NCBI GenBank assembly: GCA_022562655.1
Contig: JADFOU010000001.1
Location: 392-35,610 of the forward strand
Reading direction: 5' to 3'
Origin: a candidate division TA06 bacterium
GTDB taxonomy: Bacteria > Hydrothermota > DG-26 > E44-bin18 > JADFOU01
DNA length: 35,219 bases
Below are positions 35,115 to 35,219 of the stretch, piece by piece. The position numbers and the translations under genes are program-made. The notes under the pieces were generated by a model. That model worked only from the letters and a program-made list of their open reading frames with translations, searched no databases and was not told the origin of the DNA. How positions within the stretch are numbered: position 1 is the stretch's first letter; every line of letters starts with the position of its first letter.

Positions 35115-35219
35115 TAGAAATTGGTTTTTGGGAATCGGAGATTGGCAATAGACATTGGAAACCTGTCCTGACGACAGGTCAGGAATGGAAATTTGCTTAA
35201 CTGATTTCTAATTTTCAGC

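Noticed and set aside
1-35219. Search for tRNA, rRNA, tmRNA, riboswitch, integrase/transposase or prophage signatures, especially flanking the two AT-rich islands.
   Set aside because: No spacer is long enough or shows cloverleaf-like arms. No ORF shows recombinase or transposase motifs. I found no convincing direct repeats (att-like) flanking 1770..3172 or 29575..31410. The mechanism of acquisition remains unknown.

Overview
About 35 kb of bacterial chromosome, roughly 50% GC. Every credible gene is on the minus strand; the plus-strand ORFs in the track are antisense artefacts. Most of the content is housekeeping. In transcription order (high to low coordinates): nuoCD-nuoE-nuoF, a 3-gene insert, nuoG-nuoI, a DJ-1/PfpI protein, split transketolase, rtcB, an MBL hydrolase, bcp, an O-methyltransferase, a 2-oxoacid dehydrogenase complex (E1alpha, E1beta, E2, E3) with lipB, pdxS/pdxT, an M28-peptidase-PDZ-peroxiredoxin fusion, a frameshifted acyl-CoA dehydrogenase, dxs, ispG, ccmE, ccmF, an IscA-like protein, an SDR, an AT-rich orphan gene, an SDR remnant and a secreted FG-GAP repeat protein that runs off the left edge. 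I found no rRNA, tRNA, CRISPR array, transposase or integrase. Two visibly AT-richer islands interrupt this background. The first is a tightly packed three-gene cassette (TIGR04255-like, unknown, HEPN-like) between nuoF and nuoG. It is my best candidate for an undescribed toxin-antitoxin or defence-type module. The second is a 439-aa orphan gene lying between an intact SDR gene and the 3' remnant of a second SDR. Other points of note: a CxxxY-variant CcmE, an in-frame peptidase-Bcp fusion that keeps an internal SD and ATG, a nuo cluster lacking nuoH and nuoJ-N, and a family of AT-rich intergenic word repeats (GGTTAAATGGTAA / CATTTAACTATTTAACCAA) recurring in at least four spacers. All functional calls come from motif recognition in the supplied translations and my own hand translations. 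No database search was run.
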